64,000 nucleotides of DNA from Trichinella spiralis (taxonomy: Eukaryota), in the NCBI RefSeq assembly GCF_000181795.1, contig NW_003526941.1:2978195-3042194 (forward strand), read 5' to 3'. Shown piece by piece: positions 57,298 through 64,000 of the stretch. Made by a program: the position numbers and the translations under genes. The notes under the pieces were generated by a model. It did not search any database and was not told the DNA's origin. It saw only the letters and a program-made list of their open reading frames with translations. Position 1 is the first letter of the stretch. Each line of letters begins with the position of its first letter.

Positions 57298-59742
57298 TCA
57301 ATCAAATGATATCAGTTCTGCTTCTACAGGTTCCGATTGTGTAGATGCTGATGCCTGTGTCACCGGTGTCGATACGTTTGGCTGGCCTGCAGTCGGCATT
57401 ACCTGCTGCGTCGGCTGTGGGTGCATCACCATACCGGGTATGCCTTGACTTACAGTATACGCGTGTGGTGCCGGAAAATGTCCCGCTCCATCAAGAGGAT
57501 AAACACACGACTGCACGTCCATTTGACCAGCAACAGCGTATGATGAAGAGTGATGGTACGCAGATGGTGCATGAATGTACGAGAGACCATATGATGGATC
57601 CACTGGATAGTAAGAAGAATGGTAAGCCGCCTGTTGCGGAACCATCGAAGGCTGATTAACTGAATATGGATTCGGCATCAACACCTGCGACGATGGTGCA
57701 CAGTTCTCGTTTGTCGGCACTGTATATGGATACATCAGTGCTACGTGCGGAACACTAACAACTTGGGGCGTCTGGGAAAATTCTGCCTGTACATGTCCAG
57801 ACTGCAGAGCAGTAGTACATGAATGGTTAAACGCTGCGGACGGCTGGACAAGCGTATTAGAGCCCATCGCTCCTTAATGATTAACCTGATAAAAGTAAAA
57901 AAATTTACGTATAAATAAATCCATACCTGTAAGCAATGACGGTTGTTGTTGATGATGATGATGATGATGCTGTTGTTGTTGTGGTGGTAGACCGACAGGA
58001 ATAACAGGCTGCTGCTGCTGCTGCTGCTGTGGTTGTTGTGATGGAGGCGGTGGCGGTTGCTGCATTGCCGTTTTGTTGCGCATAAACAGTTCTCGTTGTT
58101 TTTCCTCAATTTGTCGCAAAGCTTCCATTCTTTGTAAACCAAGCATTTCATACTTCTTGAGACGCATTGACTGCAACTTGGCAAGCATTACCAATTGTTT
58201 CTGGCGCTGCATTTCAGCCAATTCCACTTTCTTTTTATCTCTGTATTCCTCTCGAAGCGATTCCAACGCTTCCCTTGCTTCACGAATTTGATTCACTTTA
58301 TCTTGCAAATTCTCATAATATTCTAAGAAAAAAAAACTACATTCTACTGTGAAATAAACTGCAGTTCAAAATTATACCACGACGATCAATTCGATCTTGC
58401 ATATTCTTTAACAATCGAGAATGCATCGAAGTGAGGGCAATGAAATTGTTCTGTATGGTATCATCGGCTGTAACCGATCGCCCACGAGTTTGATTACTTT
58501 TGATCCGATTGACAAACACACTGATGCTCTCGTTGAGTGAATTTACAAAATCTTGCAAAGCATTCATTTCGACGCCATTATTATTATTTTCACTTTCTAC
58601 TGATTCCAGTGGTTGTTTAATTACTGAAGTTGGTTCAAACGGAGCGGAAGGAGTGGGTGATTTTCTTGTATTCGCCTGTTTCTGTTCCAACCTCACCTTT
58701 TCCCAATACTGACGATTCAAGTAACGGGCCAATTCATTTTCCATATCTTTCGCTGACGACAATCCTTTATCTTTTTTCCCTTCATTCTACAAATAACATT
58801 TTTAATCTAAAAGTATTCATTAATATCAAAAAAACCTTTATCATACTGTACATTTCGACAAAAGAGAACAGTGAATTGTACCTAAATTTCACATTTTACC
58901 TTCTCTACAGTAACCTTATACTAAAATGACACATGACAAGTTCAACTTCATGCATATTCAGCCTAATTACAATAAATTACATACATTTCAAATTAAAAAA
59001 ATGATCCTTTAAAATAAGCTGAAAAATAATTAAACTGTAAAAATTTTTACATACATGGTTTGGGGACAGATTATTGGCAACAGAAGCAGAACTGGTGCCG
59101 TAATTTGAGTTCATCATTGTCGGAGGAGAAGTTTTCCACTGATATGAATTACGCTGAAAATCAGTACAATTGCAATTATTACATAAATACCGACTCCAAA
59201 CTATCAAACATACATTTTTAAGACGATCCTTTTCTTCCTTTTCTGACTGTGATAGAGCCAACGCAAGCTGTAGCTCTTCCTCTTCTCTGAGCTCTGCCTC
59301 TTTCTTCTCTTTCTCCTTCTGCTTTTCTTTTTCCAACTTAAAACACAACTGTCATATAATACAAACATACAGCAGAACAAAACATTCATCACGTCAATTA
59401 CCGCAGCTTTGCTCGATTCAACGGATGATGGTGTAAATTCGCCCAGTTTTTTAATTAAATCTCCAATTGGACTGAAAATAAATTGCACTTTACAAAGAAA
59501 ATTTGTCTCTATATATTATTTAAAATAATGTACTTTTTGATTCGATCAAAACATCCTTCACAGACGCGAACATCACGCTCAATACCGAGATGTGGCAAAG
59601 GTATATTTTTATTGCTGCATTTGTCACAAAAAATCTGACCACAGTTTCGACAATGATGCTACAAATCGATGTAATATATTACAAACGCTTTTCTTTATAC
59701 ACACTGTAAAGCATGCATTTCCTTGTATTCACAGTTCAACGC

Positions 59743-59773
<31 letters not shown>

Positions 59774-60677
59774 TTGCGAGTAATGAGCGAAAATTGAACC
59801 TTGCATCGAAAACAATGGTCCGCATCGACCCAGTCCGGTGCTGACTCAGCCATAAACATTGCGTCACTTTCACGAAGCACCGGGAAAACATGACCTGTAT
59901 TTAGCAATTCAAAAAGCAGAAATGTTCAATAATAAATAAAGAACTGTACCTTCTAATTTCATCAATGTGTGCGTATCTTTCACAATTTTGTATTCCGGAT
60001 TATCGCGAAACGCATGGGCCCAACACTGAATCAATTCAAGCACTTTATCTTTAACTTTATCTGCACTTTCACTTGTAACATGCTTCAGGTCTTCCATGAA
60101 TTCCTTAGTGGCAATTTCCCGATGTATTTTTGGACCACCATTCTTTACCAGTGCTTCTAAAACCAAAAGTGCATGGTGTGCTACGTGCGGATTATCCGAA
60201 TGATATCTTTTTCGAACAGACAAAATTGCCGATTTTGGTCTGAAAAAAAATTCTTTCAACTCAATTCTACTTAAAATCAAAACAGTTTCGAAGTCAATTA
60301 AAACAATTCACAAAAAACTTCAATCTTATTTGAAACAATGCTTAAACTAATGTTTTAGAAAAAGTGTTTTTCCAATGTTAACTCAAAATGGTGTAATTCT
60401 TACGCAGTTTCTCCGCTTCTGACTGCATCAACACAGTTCATAATACTTTCCCAATCTGCCTCTAACAGTGTAGCATCCGTTGCTCGGTCTAAAATTTACA
60501 AATGAATTATATAATTGTAAAAATGAAAGCTGTCGACAAGAATTCTACGTTTCCAGTTTTAGCCAACCAGCAGATGTGTAAAAGTATCGAACCAGTTAAA
60601 TGACAGTCTAAAGAGTAATTCAAAAATAAAATTTTATGCAAATGCTTACCTAATAACTTTTCGAACTTCTTCGACAT
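57298..60677 (-). CDS. HGS: Hepatocyte growth factor-regulated tyrosine kinase substrate (Hrs/Vps27, ESCRT-0)
   Basis: Exons 60677-60650, 60488-60404, 60239-59950, 59894-59773, 59658-59534, 59471-59402, 59336-59214, 59153-59055, 58786-58378, 58322-57927 and 57872-57298. Domains: VHS, FYVE ([10 protein letters not shown]...[13 protein letters not shown]...VRVC), UIM ([15 protein letters not shown]), [16 protein letters not shown] motif, coiled coil, P/Q-rich tail and the C-terminal clathrin box ELISFD*. Confidence 0.96.
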
Positions 60678-61166
60678 CGCGAACGTACCAAGTGCTGCAA
60701 ATAACAACACGGAAGTGGTACTGTTTTTTATATAATGAACAGCAAGTTCAGTCATAGATTACTGTAGATAATACTCAGTGAATTGTTGATAATAATTTAA
60801 AAAAATATTTTCATCTTTATTCCGCAAAATGCATATGATTAATGTTCATATCATTTTCAATGATCATACAACTGTGAATAATTAGCAAAGTGTAGAAATT
60901 AATTTCTTTATTAAAGAATTGCCTTTCTGTAATGTTAGGAATTTCATGCTAAAAATAAATTTACTACTTTTTTTAAATATTAAATAACGATAATAATTTT
61001 TTCTCATAAACAGAATGGCAAATTATTTTACATTTTATTTTAACAAGTGATACATTTGCAATTGCTGTACATGAATGACCGACCCTTTTGAAGATCAAAT
61101 TTGTAAAGTTGCTAAATAAAATTTTTCTGATTATAACTGATGAAAACTGATGACGAGATGAAAATA

Positions 61167-63918
61167 TTATAAAAGTGAATTTCTGTTTTTCTTTGGCAAG
61201 TTGTGTCTAGGATAAACTTTGGGCCTTCTCGGATAGATATCTTCATTTCTTGGATAATCCGGCGGTGGAATATACACATGCGACAGACTGCTACTTCGAG
61301 TTCCATAAAGTGCAGATCTGTCACCCGGTCGAATAGTGTATATTCCATCGTCAATGCCCACGGTCGTCAAGTTGAAACGCTTGTCATATGGTTCATCAGG
61401 AACGGAAAGTTCTAGCATCTAAATCAAACAAACGTTTGCGACACAATCAATTGCAATTGTAAAATCTGCAAATGCACCTGCGTTTCGTACTCCTTTTCAC
61501 TAGGGGACATCAGTATGGGATTGAATGGCGGTATACCAGCGTAAAGCATTGCTTTTTCGCTCGATGCACGTTTGGCCTGCGATCTAAATTGTAGAAAGAG
61601 ATTGAAAAACAAAAAAACTGAAAAATAGACATTTTAAATCATAAAAATGCAGCTGAAATACACTACTACAAATTCGCAACAGCAATGTTTGCAAAACGTG
61701 AAACAGTGAAAATGATCATTTTGAAACTTTAATATTATTCATTACATGAAAAACATTACAAACATTACACGTTCAGCGTATCATTATAACATATGAACAC
61801 AACAAATAGGACATTTAAAATATTATAAAATTTTTTTCATGCACAGTTTACATTTAAAGTTTTCGGCTGACTAGATGCGATCAATTTGACAAGTGAAAAT
61901 AAAAGTAAGAAATGATGCTGCTGCTATTGTGAGTGCACGCAAGGAAACAACAAAATTGAATACTGCCAAAAAGGAATAAACATTTTTTTTGCAAGCCAAT
62001 AAGTTTGCCATTGAAGATCAAAATTCCAAATGCTAGGGACCCAAATTGCCGACACTTGTCGATGTCAGCTTCATTGACAGTGTGAAATTTGCCGATCAAA
62101 AAATTAACTTCGAATCCGTATCTGTCGGATCCTGAAAGAAACATACAAATGTTGTTTCAGCATGCCATCAATGAAATTGAATAATTTTTCAACGTTTAAA
62201 TTACTTTCAAAATTTCTAAATGAAGAGTGATACAAAAAAAATCCATTAACAAAACAGTGAAACATATTTTCAGTGCCAAAATGATTACAAACAGTCAGCC
62301 ATTGTAAATATATTTTTAAAAAATCTATTATTCACTTCATAATTATAATTGATGAAGGAGAAAATAAAGTAAAAATAAAATAAAATAAAATGAAATGAAA
62401 TGAAACAAAAAAATCTACCTGTTCCAATAGTAGCAAAGGACCAGAACCCCGACGAGACATGCAAGACCGATGAAACAGCCAACGGAGATGAGAACAATTT
62501 CAGACATTTGTAGTCGTCGTCCAAATAACAAAGTCGACGGTGAAACCATTTCTTGCACATTTTGCACAAGCAAAGCAGGTGCTAGACGTTCCTTCAATCG
62601 ACGGATATTTTCTTTGGCAAAAATTTCCCCCAGATCAGAGGAACGACAAACACGTTTCGTCTGAATATTGACGGCCACAAAAATCAAATTCACGCTAAAG
62701 AAATTTCACAATTTACAATTGAAGCTGAATTGAATGAAATAAAACAAAAGCCAACAATTTACCCAAAGTTATTCACAATACCCAAATAATCAGCATCTTC
62801 AATTCTTTCCAAAATAATCATCTGGCATTTGTTTCTACTTCTTTCAATAATTTGTCTTATTTCACTAGAGTGTAGAAAAAAAAAGCATGAAGTTCATTAC
62901 AAAATAATAATAAACAATAATTTCTTATACTTTTTCAATTTCTTCACATTTTGATCTTGTTGACCAGCATGCCATTTGTCAACGGTAATCATGAAACGGT
63001 TCGTATTTCTCACGGTATTCACCTAATTGCAAGTTCAATTATTAAAATAAAATCAAGCATTCAATTGGAAACAATAAAACATTATTGCACTTACTACAAC
63101 GTTCGCCTCAGCTGAAAGAGGAATACCATACGAAGGATTGTCTTTAGCTTGAACTCTGAAATGATAAACTGCTGCGCTCTTGCCACGTTGTTCTTTCAGC
63201 TTTGCTTTAGTTTTCAGTTCGCCAGTTTCTTGATCGATCATAAACAACGAACTGTCTGGATCATTTTCCAGCAAAGAATAAGCAATCTGCTTATTTCTTC
63301 CCACGTCCTTGTCTACGGCCTTAAATAAATAAATAAATAAACATATATATGTATATATTATATTTTTATTGATTTACTTTGATTTTCAATATTGGAGTAA
63401 ATTCGGCCGCTTTTTCGTCGACAATTCCAATAAAAGTACCCAACAGTGCAGAGTCTTCATCAAACTGAAATTCAGGTCTGTTGTCATTTTGATCCAAAAC
63501 TTCAATGAACACTGTAGCATAGTCGAAATACTGAGCACCTGAAACAAAATGACAAAACCAAGCGTTCAAAATCTTCACACAAACGGCAAACCGTTGTTAC
63601 CCGATGGAAGGACAGTAGCTGCGCTGATATTCAACTTGTACATGCTGACTTCTTCACGATCCAACTTTAACCTCGTTTCAAGCTCACACAAACCACCGGA
63701 TCCCGTTTTGATAATGAATGCTTCTACAAAATGTTTTTCATTAGAAATTAGATCATACATCTCCTTCCGCTGATGCAAGAAAAACAGATCAGTGATCACC
63801 TTCAGAATCACCATCTAAAATTTTGCATTGAACAACTGGTTGCCAAGTTGGATTGCTGCTTTTCATCGGCAAAGTCATCACAAAGTGAGGAGAAGGAACC
63901 AATTCATATACAGTCGTG
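61167..63918 (-). CDS. Non-classical cadherin, Cad99C/PCDH15-like (3' part; continues beyond the window)
   Basis: Exons 63918-63800, 63723-63601(or 63592), 63538-63378, 63319-63095, 63022-62931, 62864-62763, 62694-62419, 61583-61478 and 61418-61167. Cadherin motifs include LDRE, VLDQNDNRPEF, AVDKD and FMIDQETGELKT. A membrane-adjacent domain, a TM helix (IVLISVGCFIGLACLVGVLVLCYYW) and a tail with KEYETQMLELSVP ending NSLL* follow. The cadherin call is firm; the subfamily call is from recall and less so. Confidence 0.85.
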
Positions 63919-64000
63919 CTAAAAATAAAATCACACCAAAATAAATAAACAAACAAGTAAAGAATCAAATGAATGCGTAATGTGATGGTTTAAACAATTG

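Overview
AT-rich eukaryotic (animal) genomic DNA. It has many short (~50-100 nt) GT-AG introns, TTTCAG/TTTTAG-type acceptors, microsatellites and Gln-rich proteins. The style fits a nematode, possibly clade I such as Trichinella, but that is inference only. Six spliced protein-coding genes can be reconstructed by hand with phase-consistent exons. (1) CRIM1/crm-1-like BMP regulator (-, 2695-11366, 5' end unresolved). (2) Hillarin/ltd-1-like LIM + transglutaminase-like protein (-, 28262-33392). (3) Mask/ANKHD1 ankyrin-KH protein (-, 39164-52083), whose 3' end is duplicated around two N gaps, most likely as an assembly artefact. (4) Dihydrolipoamide dehydrogenase (+, 53535-55693). (5) Hrs/HGS (-, 57298-60677). 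(6) The 3' part of a Cad99C/PCDH15-like cadherin (-, 61167 to beyond the window end). I found no CRISPR array, rRNA, convincing tRNA or recognisable transposon, and no well-supported new biological system. The best leads are modest: a 3-exon 93-aa tail-anchored micro-ORF upstream of crm-1, a CTCF-like motif just upstream of it, a possible cadherin-Hrs operon, orphan exon-like segments at 1.7-2.1 kb and two structured intronic elements.
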